Below are positions 25,539 through 40,498 of a DNA stretch of 64,000 nt, piece by piece; position 1 is the first letter of the stretch; each line of letters opens with the position of its first letter. Source of the stretch: Trichoplax adhaerens (lineage: Eukaryota; Animalia; Placozoa); contig NW_002060944.1 in assembly GCF_000150275.1 (NCBI RefSeq), positions 3,848,123 to 3,912,122 of the forward strand, read 5' to 3'. The notes below the pieces were generated by a model, which saw only the letters and a program-made list of their open reading frames with translations, was not told the DNA's origin and ran no database searches. A program made the translations under genes and the position numbers.

Positions 25539-27077
25539 AAAAATCTTATCCTTCTTCCTTATGAAGCATCAATTCGATGAAAGTTCTCTTTAGTAAGCCA
25601 TGGTTTTTCTTCACTAACTTAGTATTATAAAACATACGATTACCAAATTTCCGTTATTATTAGTAATCAAGTCTCATATAGGCTTAAGAGTTAGGTGATC
25701 ATAAATTGTAGCGTAGCTCTACTATTTTAGTTCTGAAATTTTACTGAAATATATATACATTATTTTTGAAAGTTGTCTAGATCAGTGTTTCTCGTTAATT
25801 TTATATATATATATATATATAAGGTAATTTAATGATGAAATTATTGCTATATAAAATCTAGCCCCATCAACGGTTTTGTACTATACATTGATTAAAAAAC
25901 TACGACTCACTTTTTTGTTCGCTTACGTTAGTGTATTACCTAAGTATATCTACTTTATCGATTTATTTATGAGTTCACGTTGTTAAAGTTGCTGATATCC
26001 TCCATATTATATATACATGACAGGAAGTGTTAAACGACACTACGAACTTATACGTTAATAAATGTAGCGATTAGCACCTAATATGTGGATTTAAATAGTT
26101 GATCTTCGTTAGTAACCATAATCTATTTTATCTTTATTAGCCTTGAAGTGTACTAGTGTGTATAGAAATTATTAATTTTAAGTTTTTATTTTGACTGTCC
26201 TGTCGTTGTATTTATGTTAGAATCTATACGTGGTTCACATGAATGACCAATGTTGTTGATAATAGCTATGTGATATCAATTAACATGAATCGTTAAATTT
26301 AGCGATAGGAAATTATACCTGTATAGTAGTTACTCTAAAATCTACTTATCCTTAGGAGTGATATATTTATATAATTAAACGTGATCTTATTCCATTGTAT
26401 TGCATATTAGCATTACATGAAAGAAAGATCTACCCAGACAGATTCTATTTCTGTGCATTAAGTTATTAATTTCTGTTTATCAACTTAGCACTATTAAAAA
26501 ATTTACGTGATCATTATTACCATTATCTCTTAAGTATATTTGAATTAACCCTTACCGAATGTTTAAAAAATCATACGCATTATGAAGGATTTAATTATTA
26601 GATTAAATTGTCAATTTCATATTAATGACGTGCGCGTATCATTATTGATTAGTCACAAAAGTATTATTTACGCATAATATCTTAACTGTTCGTTAAGGCA
26701 AATATCAAACTCGAAAGATACAAACATTTAAATATATATACTATACAGCATACATTGCATATAACGTGTAACTGGTATAGCGCAAGTTCTTAAACTAAGA
26801 AAGCTTGATTCATAAACCATCGGAGGAAGGTTTATATTAATGCATCACAAGCAAGTATACAGTTTTCAGAATCATATAACATAAGCAGTAGTAACAGATA
26901 CGGAAAAATTTTGTATTAATCTCTACATATGACTTATGCCACATATTATGCGATCCATGAAGTATATAACATATAGAAGAGATGGTTGCGTCTAAAAATT
27001 GTATTAATACAAATTCTTGATTAATACACATACGAGATTCCAAGACTATAAAATTACATTATGTCCTTGTTTCTGAT

Positions 27078-29554
27078 TCATTGATAAGGATAATCGGTTT
27101 CATCAGCAACCGAAGGAATAATGATATCCGATGTAAAAGTGACGATACTAGCGTATGATCGCTTCATTTTAGGCAAACAAACAATTCTCCATTCGTCTGC
27201 TCTAGGGTTGTACTGAAGTATATTTTGATTATGACTTACAGGAATTAAGTATAATCGATCGTGAAAAGCTACTAATTGTGGATTATTCGGTATGAAAGGT
27301 AAAGGTGCACGACATTGCCATTGATCTTTAATGGGATCATAAGCTAGAACGCTATCAACAAAATCGCCTTTAAATGTAATCACGCCACTGATAACATAGA
27401 TTAATCCATGCAAGTTTGCTGTTACATGGCGAGCTCTTGGTTGCGGCATATTTGCAACATATCTCCATTGTTCCGTCGTTGTATCGTAACATTCACATGA
27501 TGATAAACATTCCGTACTGTTATATCCGCCAATGGCATAAATTTTACTGTCTATCACTTGAGCAGTAAATGCATAGCGCCTAGCTAACATAGGTGGTGCA
27601 TATTCCCAGATATTGTATTTAGGGTTATATGATTCAACTGCACAATGAACAGCCTGAGAAAATGTATCATATCCACCTAAAGCGTATATTATACCATTTA
27701 GATTAACGCACGAGAACATAAAACGATGGCAAGTATTAAGTGAAGCAATTAATTTCCAACTGTTTTTACTAGGATTAAAACATTCCGAGCCTCCTTCCAA
27801 CTTTGAATCACTACTTGCTCCAAAACAGTATACTTTACCATTTACGACAACTACAGCAGCATTTTCAGAACGTCGTTGACCCATTAACATCGACGGTAAT
27901 TGCATCCATTTTTGTCGGTGTATATTATAACATTTACAAGATTTCGATGATCTCATACCACCGATAATGACAAGATATTCGGTATACATGCGTGGAAATT
28001 GATTGTGATAATAATAAGATAAGCTTGATTGAAAACTATCAACACTAACTAAGGGGAAAACAGATTGGGGTAATAGATCATCTTCATATACAGAAGATTG
28101 CATAAAGTCTTCATCAATATACTTCCACCGAATTAACATCATTAGATCATGCGTATGAGCAATTCGGTCAGTTTTATCAAACTTGATCCATCGACTTACG
28201 GCGGAATAAGCATCCCGTTCACTTGTCATATGCAAACAATCTTTGGATAATAATTTAACTAAATCTTGAAAGCTCATCTCTAAAAATTCTTCACTCTGGA
28301 CGACATGTACAAATTTTCTACAGCTTATATTACTGGCTTTACTGACAATACCAGGACAATCATATATTTGGGCTAATTTTAAAATCCCTAAACAGTTGTA
28401 AGGTTGTAGAATTCGCGATAAGTACAAGCAGCAGGTTGCCTTAGCATCTAATAACTGAAAGCGATCAGCTGCTTCCAATGTCTTGGCTACATTATGAATA
28501 GAAATAACCAAATTACCAGTATAGCAGAAATTGACCAAGTTAGATAAGATTGAATAACTAATGCCCTCAATGTGGACAATTTTTTGTTGACTTTCGACCA
28601 AATTGGATAGGAACATAGCTCGAAAATAAGAACTTGCCGAAGCTAATACCAGGCGATGAGCGTGAATAGTAGAATTATCAGTTGCAATTTCTACATCACA
28701 CAATTCTTTGGCATCTCTCAAACGGTTTAATGCTTCGTGACAATTCCGATAAAAATGACTGTAATGTATTTGAACTTCTTCTTCTAAGTCATCATCGCTC
28801 TCAACAGGAGTGCAGGATCCTAAGATTGGATCTTTGAGTAATTATTGCATTGAATAGGGAGGAAATAGATAGGTTAAAAACGATAAGTTAACGATCCCTT
28901 GTAATCGTTTTCTGTTAAGTAAATATTTCATTTAAGTAAGCCAAGAAAAATAAAAACTTGCAATAGCGCATTGCTATAATAAAGTTGTCGTTATGATTTT
29001 TCTAAGCGAGAGAAACTATAATTATCTGGAATCGATACGTAACTTTGCGGTAATTATTATTGTATCACTTATATTGCTAAGATTTCTATGCTTAGTTATA
29101 CTTTATTGAGCGTTTACAGATGGAAATATGGATCAAGCAAAAAAAGTTTTTATTTTAGATTGTACACTGGTAACAAAAGTATTTATTGAACTCTAACTAC
29201 CCTTCTAGTGAACATTATTGTAGTATAACTGATCATTCACGTAGAAATCTATGTAGTACGGTACTTAAACATTATTATATAGGATAGTAATTAAAATATC
29301 TGTTCGGACCTTATTTAGCTAAACAGTATTTACTGTGATTACTAATCTAGTTACTTTGCAACGGAGAGGTGAACAATTTTATGCAAATAAGATATAGTTA
29401 GTAGTTCACCTGCATCTTATAGAAACTAAACCAGCTATGCAATTTATAAGGTAGAGAAACTGGATAGGATACTAGTTGAAACATTGTTGGCGTTTACGCC
29501 CATGTAATAGTGTCGAGTTTTCTTACCTTGGTATTGTGGTATAGTTGACGCCAT
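27078..29554 (-). CDS. Kelch-like protein (BTB-BACK-Kelch), 589 aa, 2 coding exons
   Basis: Exon 1 (29554-29527, MASTIPQYQ G|GTAAGA) splices in phase to exon 2 (28819-27078). BTB motif LCDVEI...HAHRLVLASASSYFRAMF, BACK domain, and Kelch repeats (IYALGGYD, IYAIGGYN). The KLHL subfamily cannot be assigned by eye. Confidence 0.92.
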
Positions 29555-31689
29555 TGCTTTGCAATCAACACGGTCTCTAAATTTTCTCTTGATGTTGACA
29601 CGATAATGATGCTAACGGCAAGTTGAAATCATCAAGACTAAAAAATTAATGTTTTATTAAAGTTCTTAACGATGATCGTAAACAACATTTATTACTGTAG
29701 ATTAATTTTAATCAGCCAACATTTTAGGTGACGATAATCTAGATAATTAATTCTCTTCGAAAATAAATGATCAACGTAGTACCTTATTGTAGTCTCATCA
29801 ATCAACTGTAACATCATTACTCAGATCCTTTAAATTCAGCTATTAAAAATATATAACAAAATAAAACGAGGAATCCTACATTAGTATACCCTTAAATAAA
29901 AATGGATGTCTTTACACTCGAGCGCTTGCTATCTACTATAGTACCTTACTCTTTATTTTAATTTGCTTGCACATAATTCAAGCATGTTATAGAACAGGTA
30001 GAACTCTAATTTAAATCATGTTGGTTGTACCTTTCACTTTAAGTAGTCCGGCTGATAAATATATGCTTAAATATTACCAAATAGTGATGATTATTTGCTA
30101 TTTAATAGACTGAGAACATGTGGGAAAGTCAAAATGATGGAGAATGGTTACAGAAATAAAGTTTACGCATATAGGACATATTCAAATGACAGATTCCTGT
30201 ATCATTTTTTCTACATTTTCAAACAGATGATAACCAATGACGTAGTTATGATTAATTTCGACGTCACAACAGCGTAATAATGAATCCATTACTACACTGA
30301 CTGATATAAATTTTCTTATGAACAAAAAAATACAATATTCTTGTGTACTTTTCATCATTGATGTTATTGTTAATAAAAGCACAAGCATTAATCCATCCTT
30401 TACTAGTGTTTAGCCAGCATTTATCCTACGAGATTACTATTAAATGATAGTCCATGGTACATATGCAAACAAAAATTGAATTTCTTTACATAATCATTTT
30501 AACATTGAAGTATTGTTAACGTAATTTATGCAAATTCCAGAACAAAAAATTATGCATAATGGATATAACCGCTCAAACGGCCAATATTGACTATTGTAGA
30601 TGATCTTTGTCTTGCTAATAAGGCATAGCTATACGATATCGTGTTGGTTACCCATAAGTAGTCAAAGAGCCATTGCAAGGCTTGCGTTCTGCTACAATCA
30701 TCTTTGTAAATACAATTATTTTCTATATAACACCCAGCTTAAAAGGTTGCAGGTTGTATAATCACCGCCCGAATCTATCCCAGCGAAAACCACATTATTA
30801 TAGTTTTTAAATTGTTGCTGAACTATTTAAGGACTGCAATATTGTCTATCTCAACAAAGAGATTAGGATAGATACATCAAATACAACTGAAGAATTTAAA
30901 TGTTGTAACACTTTCTCTTACTTCATTTCTGACTAGTTACTTTTCTGTGCATCTTTGCAATGAAGCATGGACCTAACAATTCTATTACTCCATATAATCA
31001 CAATCATAAAGTAAATAAGATTAACATCGATCATATGCGTTTAATGAATTAGAATTATTTATTGTACTGTAAGTAGGCCCGGCCCATCCCTGCAATTGAT
31101 AGAATTTATATATAACTTAATCTCCTGTTCTTTTCGCGAAACGTAATATCTTGTAGCTAAAATTTCATCAAAATGAATACTTGCGTGCTTATTGTCTATA
31201 ATATAATCGATTTGGAAATAAAATATACTGGAAGAAAATGCGCATACAGTATTGCAGCTCTCATTATGCCTTTTAGTAGTACTATACTGTAGGCTGCAAG
31301 TCAAAAAGATGAAATAATCGCGGGAGGATATCGTGTTCACCGTTAGATTTATACTAACGATTAGCTCTTCAATGAATGCCATTTTAGGATCCTATTCTAT
31401 AGTATAATTTTCGTAGTCATTATACTACAGAATATCGTGCAGGCATTCAAGAAGTAATCATTTGATTCACGAAACACTCTGTTAAGCTATCATGAGATAG
31501 TAAATCCTGGGGTCTTAGGTAACAACTACTGTAGTACTTCTTGTATAGACACCATATATAGAATAGTAAATACTATGGAGATGATTGTCATTTATAGTAA
31601 AATGCCTCGTTTGCGCATTTAACTTTAGGTCGAAACCAACATGTGCATTGTCCTGAATGAGTAGTAAGAGTCACAAGAGAGCTCGATCG

Positions 31690-31703
31690 GTTGTCATGGA
31701 TAC
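31690..31703 (+). promoter_or_regulatory. X-box (RFX-binding site) upstream of TTC16
   Basis: GTTGTCATGGATAC is a close match to the RFX palindrome GTTGCCATGGCAAC, about 470 bp upstream of the ATG. Confidence 0.55.
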
Positions 31704-32171
31704 ATTCAAAATTTCATAACGAGTCCATCCATCCTCATGAATACTATTAATTTCAAAGAATACACTATATAAGCACTAGAGATGCTGTAGAAATCATTAC
31801 AACAGCGGATAAAAGTGATTTTGAGATTCAATCGATTGAAGTAATTACGACTGTCCGGAGTTAAAATCCATCAACGACTGATTATTTTATCGATGAGTTA
31901 ATTAAACAGCTTATAACTATTGACATTATAACGCTACTGCCGATTTGGTAATTCGATCGGATAGTAATACATGATTACAAACTTTTTCTACTGGCCATCA
32001 AAACAAATCTTCTTGGGTTTATTGTAGATATACTAAAAATTGCTAATTAGTAGGCTTCAAAAATTGTCCATTTTATACGTATACTACGGCTACTTCACTC
32101 GCAGAACTTTATGGAAGAAATATTTTGTCAAAACATTTTAAAAGTGGACCATATCTAAACCAAGAGAAGAA

Positions 32172-35100
32172 ATGGAAGACGAAAGACTCTCCGAATCTAG
32201 CTCCAATATACCGTTGCCGATCGCTACGCCGCCTTTGGAAGGACGTGATTTAAAATACATAGACCCGTTGACTTTAGTACACGATGATGATCGTGAGAGT
32301 GAAACTACTATACAAAGTACAAAAGCGATTCAAAATATTGGCCATCCGTCTAGAAATAGGTCATCTGGTAAGGCTGCTATAGCAAATACTTACCACCAAG
32401 AGAAATCGCTATCAAATTATGAATCCAGTCAATATGAAAGTTCTAGAGCGGAATCAGACGACACATTATCAAAGGAGGGAGAATCTAATCATGCAGATCG
32501 TGCCCCTTCGAGATCTCAATCCATAACGCCTACGTCTGAAGATCCGCAAATTGATTTTGATGCTTATGGTGAAAATACTTCTTTAATCAACGAACAAATA
32601 TCAAAGTTTTGGATGAGCTTTGTTCCTGGAAGTACAAGACCTCGTCAAAAAACACAAAACTATTCATTCGAAATGATAGTTGCAGCTAAAGCAGAAGATC
32701 AGTAAGTTATCGTTGATTCTTATTACTAGATACTGAGTAATGCAGATATTTTAATAATGCAGTTGTATGACTCTTCCTATGAATGTTAGTCATTTTTAGC
32801 TATAAATTTTGTTGAATAGTTACGACAGAGCTCAAGTACTATTGGATGAAGGCATTCCTGGAGCGGCAATTGTTCTATTAAATAAATCTATTATGTTGCA
32901 TCCCAGTTGTTGTAAATATTATCGACTCCGAGGAAGTGCTTACATGGAGATCTGTGATTTTAAGTCTGCTGTTGCAAATTACAAGAAAGTATGTGCGATG
33001 GAACCAGATGATAAAAATAGTTGGGATCGTTTAGCTCTGATGCACTACTTCCTTGGTCAGAGCCTCTTTGATTGTAAATTGCATGCTGAAGCTCTAGAAG
33101 CGTTCACACGGGCTGCTGAAATTTGTCCACAGATCGAAAGCTACCATACAAGAACGTGAGAGTCTTCTATGAATTTCTATAGCTAACATAATTATAATCC
33201 TAGTGGCTAACATTAATCCATAAATTTTAGATTAGCAACTCTAGCTGCGTTGAACCGACACAGTGAATGCTTGGCACTAATCAACAATAGGATGGAAGTG
33301 AACAACGATAACCCAGACTTATTCATCATGCGTGCTAGAATACACGATATGTTTCGAAATGTAATGAAATAAAATTAATCTTGGGTTTTACTTCAACAGA
33401 TGTTATTGTATAGTTAAAGGCAGCATAACAATATCATTTCATCGAAGTTTAATCTAAAGCGTAGCTATATTATTTTTATTTTTTATTAACCGTAAAGTTA
33501 AACTTCTGTTGCAGACTTCGTTGTGTTATTACGACGTTGCAAGCGCGCTGGAACTTGATCCGGATCATGAAGAAGCAAACAAAATGATGCGAAATATTCA
33601 ATTTAGAGCCAATGATTTGAAAAAAAGGGTGCGCTATTCAACATATATGTAACACTCTGGTATTACATTTAGTATTATAAAATATTAACGATCCTATAAA
33701 ATAATAAATAGGCAGTCGAATTTAAGCTCGCTGGTAAAGATAAAGAATCATTAGATAAAATTAACAGTGCTATCGAAACATTTCCTGCATCCGCTGATTT
33801 TCATCTATTCTCGTGAGTTAATATTTAAACATACAATTTTATATAGCAAAACTTATGCCTTCCGCTATTATTTTAATATGCGGCTTGAATTGATGATATA
33901 GGCAGATAATTTCATTTGATGCTAACTTGTCACATTTATTTTCTTACAGTGGAGCCTTGCATCGGAATCGTAAAGATTTCAATTCTGCCATAGATGAATA
34001 TATTTTAGCCATGGATAAAACTGATCATAACGAAGAAGATCCTATCTTTATTGCAGCTAACCGCGAGCTAATACTGACCTATAATGATTTTGCGGTCCAA
34101 TGTTTTCATAAAGGTTTTTATAATGAAGCAATAATATTGCTCAATAAGGCTATAAAAGTAGAAAAGAATGAGAAAGGATTCTATATTAATCGTGGAGGTT
34201 GGTCAGTTTTTATGCTACTGTATAATATGCTGATAGCATTGACTACAGGATACAATCTTATTAAAACTCTGTGTTTATATTAATTCATTAATGATATTTA
34301 GTAAACATATTTTTCGGTATTCATATATAGATTGTTTTTACCGGACGGGCGAGCTTCATTTTGCTTTAGCTGATTTTAATCAAGCCATGGAATTAGACGA
34401 GAATGACTGGTCTGTACGGACAAGGATATCAGTTATTCACAACGAATTTGCAATTTTAGAATATTATGATCGCCAGTACGAAGCGGCTGTGAATCGCTTG
34501 ACTGTAGCTATCAACAATAATCCTAAAATTGCTCAATACTACATATCACGATCGAGAGCTCGTTATTTAGTCGATGTAAGTAATTTTATCTATTTTAAAT
34601 GATGCATTGTTATTGCATGCTAACTTAAATTTTATCATCACCTTTTTAATTCACTATAGGACTTTAATGGAGCAAGATTGGATGTTCTTATTGCTCTACA
34701 CTTAGAGCCTAACAGCCAAAATGTTATCACAATTATGTCTCGGCTATTTCCTGGACAAAGTGTTAATGAGATATTGCAATCGCTTGAAGGTAGGAAAGCG
34801 TTAGAACAACTCAAATTAAATATCATGAAAGCAGCTACGCCAAGGCAAAGATTGGAATTGCCAGAGATTGTCCCTAATAAGATTAACAAGGAAGAAAAGG
34901 AAGATGATAAGTTAAAGACTAGAGATACTATTGGTAAGTCATTGAAAGCACTAGAACTAAGTGATAATGCATTATATTATTTTCTTGGAAGTTATTGAGT
35001 AAAAATAGTTATAAGTTTTTCTTTATCGATATTTTTATGTTATGATATTTCCAAATATTTAGACCAAATTCAAAAGCTTCAAATTGAAGATGAAGTATCT

Positions 35101-35590
35101 GCCAAAGATGATAATCACCTGGATCTGACTCCCAGAGCTCGAGTTGGTTGTTTCCCTAATTTACAATATTGCCTGGAAGAGAAGCACTTTCATGCCGATA
35201 TCATAAAATCAAAAAAGAAGGTGAGTTTTATCTGTAATTACTGTAAGTTGAAATGCTAAGAATAAGAAATTATTAATGTACAATAGAAAGCGTACCTTAA
35301 AAATAAAAATACTATTGGACAAAATCTGATTGACGGTGGTGAAATCATTTTTGACCAATTACGATTAATCTTTCTGAATATAGATTGATAATAAAGTGGA
35401 AAAGCTCTTAACCAGCCGTCCTAGCTTGCGTTCAATCGAACCTAAAATAAAACCAGTTCATCATGAGATTGATGTGCCGAATACTGGTCCTATTATGCCT
35501 CGAATTTGGGAATATGGTACGGCCAACGCAGTCGAAGCTAAAAATCAGCCTAAATCTTACATGAGCAAAAGTATCGAACATTATTCCTAA
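32172..35590 (+). CDS. TTC16: Tetratricopeptide repeat protein 16, about 10 exons
   Basis: TPR exons with the family block RELILTYNDFAVQCFHKGFYNEAIILLNKAIKVEKNEKGFYINRGDCFY...ALADF and NNPKIAQYYISRSRAR. GT-AG junctions, e.g. 32701/32820. Confidence 0.9.
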
Positions 35591-36701
35591 ACTGTATTAA
35601 TATTCCTTTGCAAATTATTTTTACACTAATCTCGAAATTAGAAGTTGACTCACGCGTATAGTCGTTGTAGTAAACAATTTGAAAGCTACTGTATACAATT
35701 GGAAAGACATTTATGTTTGAAATAAGCGCAAGCTCTATTACGATTTGCTATACTATGATTTAAGAGAAAACCAATTTGATGCTCGTTTATGTAAATAACA
35801 GAGTAACTACCTAATTGCTATTTTAATGATTTACACTTTTGCTATTTTATATTCCGTCTAAATCCTATTTTTGTCACTTATATCTGTCAATTGTACATAT
35901 CACGCTCAGCATCAGAAATTCAATTTAAAAATTTTGGGAAATATTTTATTTTATATATATTACCATTTGCAGCCTCTGCTCACTTTCTATGTTTCTATAT
36001 ATTGAATTGACTTATATTTATATTTACAGTTACTGATAACTCTTAATTACGTGAGCATATTGCATCGCCACAACCATGGACTATTACTGTAGATGGTATA
36101 TTTTGCAGTCCATGCCACATCATAGAATAAAATTAATCCTGAAACGAAAGGGATACGAAAGGAAAAGGACATTTGTATTACTATTTATTTTTATTAGTAT
36201 CAAACCAAAGACGATTGGAAAATTGGCTGCCTTAATAGTGGTAGTAAAGTATGCTCTTACAGTATCATCTTGTAATAGCCTCACTGCTACTACATTACTT
36301 GGCATAAGAGATAGTACCTTACTTCACCATTTTATCACCAGCCACGGCCCACTAGCCTACTATATTTTATGCAAACCAGGACACCTCGATGATGTCGTTG
36401 GCAGCCATTCAAATTGTTAACGTCAGCAATGTATTGCAGGTAGTGGTTGATCCCCTATTTTAAAGATAATATACATATATATGTATAAATTATAATTATC
36501 ATTAGCCATGGCGATGAATTTATTCCCAAATCCCTAAGTCTATTTAGCATGAGCACAGGCATAAAGAATAGACTATTACTAGTAGTAATCTATTCGCGAT
36601 CTACAGAGCTCCAAATCAATTCCTAAATCTTTTAGGTAGAATAAAATAGAAATTGAATAATATTTAAAGAACCTTATGCTATGGGTATGGTTATGATACG
36701 A

Positions 36702-36751
36702 NNNNNNNNNNNNNNNNNNNNNNNNNNNNNNNNNNNNNNNNNNNNNNNNNN
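36702..36751. other. Assembly gap (50 N) next to a G15 homopolymer
   Basis: Run of N, with poly-G at 36771-36785. Confidence 1.
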
Positions 36752-37888
36752 GGGTTTCAATTTTTAACCTGGGGGGGGGGGGGGGTGACGGACAGCTAGG
36801 CTTTAATCTTCTTCCCAAAATTGATTATGTCTGTATAGTGATCATTTTTTCAATTCATTTACTATCAAAGTACTAACCAGCGTATGACCCAGGGTCTATA
36901 ATAAATCTCGTACACAACTTGTGTAAGCTATCTGTCAATACCTACTAATCCACATAATACTCTATTTCGCTCCATCTTAATATCACGTTTATATTACGTG
37001 TTAATGTCGTCATTTATGCATCACTATTGGACACTGTAATGTATGTCTGATTGAATGATACGATGACGAGTAGACACAATAACAGATGCACACATTATAG
37101 GCGTATATTGGTTTTAAGCACGTTATTTACTACAAGTTTATTAGTATTATCCATTTCGAGGTTGCACTGTGGTACTTTAGTTCATAAATTAGGGTTGGAG
37201 TTCGAATGCCAGGAGACACTTTCTACCATTTATGTCGATAGTCTTATGTCATGCGCCTTGTTGACGTAACTGGCCAAAATTGGTTTTTAGCAGTAAAATT
37301 CATGTTGTACATTGCGATCGAGATACAACGTATCTCTTCTCCAACTTATCATGCAGCAGCTGCACTATACTCTCCATTTAAAATTATTCAGCCATGGCAG
37401 AATGGCAGTAGAGTATCGATTCTTTGCTTACCGTTCTCCATGATTTAGTCATACTCTACGAACGTTGCCTGACCTACCAACACCATGGATACCGAGCTGG
37501 TGTCACTCTACACATCATGGAGTGACCTGTTCTCCAGAATACAGTACAATACGGTGTGGAAAATGTCCAAGGAGTCCAATCGCATCGCCACTATACTGTA
37601 CTGTAGTACTTGTAGACGTAATATGGTATATTGAAAGGCACATGATTGATGTTAAAGAGGATGAAGAGCAGGTTTCTTGACAGATTGAGCGCACCTACTT
37701 TGCACAAAGGTAGAACGTTGGAGAGATACAATATATACTGTGTACAAGAGGCGATTCCTTGACGGAACAGAATACAGTAGTACAGTATACTGTACTGTAC
37801 GGACTGTAGAATAATGAATTAATTTCTACGTAGGCGGCGACCATGTGATATCACTTACCCGGTGTACACTGTACAGTAGACTGGAATG

Positions 37889-38328
37889 CATTGACGCACG
37901 TAATACATCTGTATCGTGGTTGCATTGATAACATACAGTGCAGTTGTAAGCATCTATTCACAATATTATTGTACGCTATACATTGATGCACATACAGTAC
38001 AATACATCTGTATCGTGGTTACATAGATAACATACAGTACAGTTGTAAGCATCTATTCATGATAATACTGTACACTATACAGTACAGTACAGTACAGTAC
38101 TGTACTGTACAGTACATTGATGCACATAAATAACATAATACTGTACACTGTACATCTGTATCGTGGTTGCATTGATAACATACAGTACGGTTGTAAGCAT
38201 CTATTCACAATATTACTGTACGCTATACAGTACAGTACATTGATGCACATAATACATCTGTATCGTGGTTGCATAGATAACATACAGTACGGTTGTAAGC
38301 ATCTATTCACAATATTACTGTACGCTAT
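37889..38328. repeat. ~100-bp minisatellite x4 with ACAGT expansions
   Basis: Unit TACATCTGTATCGTGGTTGCATTGATAACATACAGT...GTAAGCATCTATTCA starts near 37904, 38003, 38151 and 38253. Confidence 0.92.
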
Positions 38329-39179
38329 ATTATTGGATAGTGGATGCTTTCGATATGTTGATACCGTTCCATTGAGACAATGGGGCAAAACACACGGTCA
38401 AGATATTTATTGGCAAAACTACTGTACTATTCCATATAATTAATTAGTCCTATATAGTACAGTAGCACTGCCATCAATGAACAATACGAGCTGAAATATT
38501 CAACGTTTAGCCTGTTATTTGCAAAATTTCCAAGTGATTTTACTACTATCTAGCTAGACTTTCTAATTTCTGTAGGCCATTACTACCGTGGGTACAGTCG
38601 CTCTTTTGGAGTGGACAGCGCTTTGGTTTGCTATCACCATTGATAGACGAATCGTATTCAGTCGGCGTCAGCTGCGGTTAACATCGTATCTGACTTCACA
38701 TCAACCACTTCCAAAATAAAACAGTTTCTTCCTGGATAGGATAAACAGCCAGTAAGTACCTAAAAGTGAATTACAGTTTGATTCTTGTTTGGTCAATATT
38801 GAATGGATCAAATGATCCAACTGTGTCGGTAATCATGGCCTTCAACAGACGATTTTGTTTTGTCTTAATCGTTACTAATTACCTTGACATGGTCAATAGA
38901 CGAGGTTTATGCTTATCTAAACTAGATATGGGGCCAATGTTGATCGTTATACAGCAGGTTATTGGCCCCTAAAATGATGCCTATCCGATACTGCAATGAT
39001 CTCAAAAATGATCGAGTAGCCAGGTCTACTCTAACCGGAATTCGATACGATTCCATCTACGGCTGATAGAAGATTTTATTGAAGCTTATCCGTTTAAAAT
39101 TAAAGCATCGACACAAAGCACTGACTCTATTTTCATAGTACACAAACCCGAATAATCTATTTCAACATGCTGCACTTGA

Positions 39180-39620
39180 ATCATCATCATCGTATTATGC
39201 TGAATAAATTGTTTGTGATAGTTGCAATTTCAGTACTGATCGAAAGCACTGTACTGTATTTTTACAGAGCGCATAACCTGAATGATCTGATGCAACGTAA
39301 TGTGTTTTAGTCATCATGATGATTATGCTGTATTATTGTGGAAGAGTGATGTTTCTGATGGTTGAAATTACAGTATCGATACAAAGCCCTTTTACTGTAT
39401 TTTTATAGAGCGCACATGCTGAATGGTCTGATCTAACAAAGTGTACTTTGGTCATACTGATGATTGTATTATAGCGATTGAGTTATGTTTCTGATAGTTG
39501 AAAATTACAGCATGGACAGAAAGCCCCTTATTGTATTTTGTATTTTTATAGGTTACAGTAGCAGAAAATCAGAATGGTTTCATTCAATATACTGTACTTT
39601 AGTCATAATCAATAATGATG
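39180..39620. repeat. Degenerate ~140-bp tandem repeat x3
   Basis: Recurrent GTTT(C/G)TGAT(A/G)GTTG...AAAGC...TGTATTTTTA(C/T)AG...GAATG...GTCAT blocks. Confidence 0.7.
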
Positions 39621-40498
39621 ATTGTATGATAAGTAGCTTCAGGGTCTTTCGTGCAAATGCACATTTATACAATCGTATAGGATGCGAGAGCTTGATACTT
39701 ACAACATATATCCAATTTCCATCACTCTTTTTCTTGGAGGAGTTCTGCCACTGATCGTACTCAATGTTGTCCATAGGTGTGAATCAGTCTTGCCAACAAC
39801 CGACGCACGCCGTGAAAACGATGCATTTCTAAACAAGTATCAATCGGGACACTGGTGGTCTGCTTTGGTTATCCTTCGTCCAGGCTTGAAGTAATTGGAT
39901 TTAAGACTGAGTAGATCCTCGTACTGGTATGTTAGCTAAATTGTATGAGCGATTCTAATCAATGATTAACCAACTTTAACGCTGCATTGCTGGTGATGGA
40001 ATTGATGCTAATTGAATAATCTTAGTTCATACGTATTAACTTATGCTGTTCTGTGTCATGATAAAACTAACGGGATTTCAACAGTAGTAATAGGCATTTG
40101 CAAATGCCGCTATTACATTCAAAATGGATTACTGTATACAGTAGCATGATGCGGATCCTATCTACGTTATACTACAGTCTAGATTTCATAATACCTTTGT
40201 ACTGTCATTGCAATTCGGTAAGTATGCGAGTATCTAGTCTCGTTAGCGATGCTGACGCAATATCCTAGCAATAAGAAAGGCCATCAACTGTTAATATAGT
40301 CAAATAAATTACGTTGCAGTACCTGTAATGTCCATTATAAATGCTAAATGTTTTTAGCTACAGATTAAATAGTCCAGTAGATTATGTTACAGTAACATCG
40401 ACTGTCAATGCTGCATGTTATTGTCAACAGTTCAAATAGTTCAGTATATTATGTTACAGTAATAGCGATGGTGAGTGCTTAACCATGGTTTTAATCTT

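Noticed and set aside
30100-31400. Short minus-strand open stretches (e.g. GCYIENNCIYKDDCSRTQALQWLFDYLW) between the Kelch gene and TTC16
   Set aside because: No consistent spliced ORF or recognisable domain. May be UTR or lncRNA.
36076-37680. Short ORFs around the third gap
   Set aside because: No recognisable domains or coherent exon structure.
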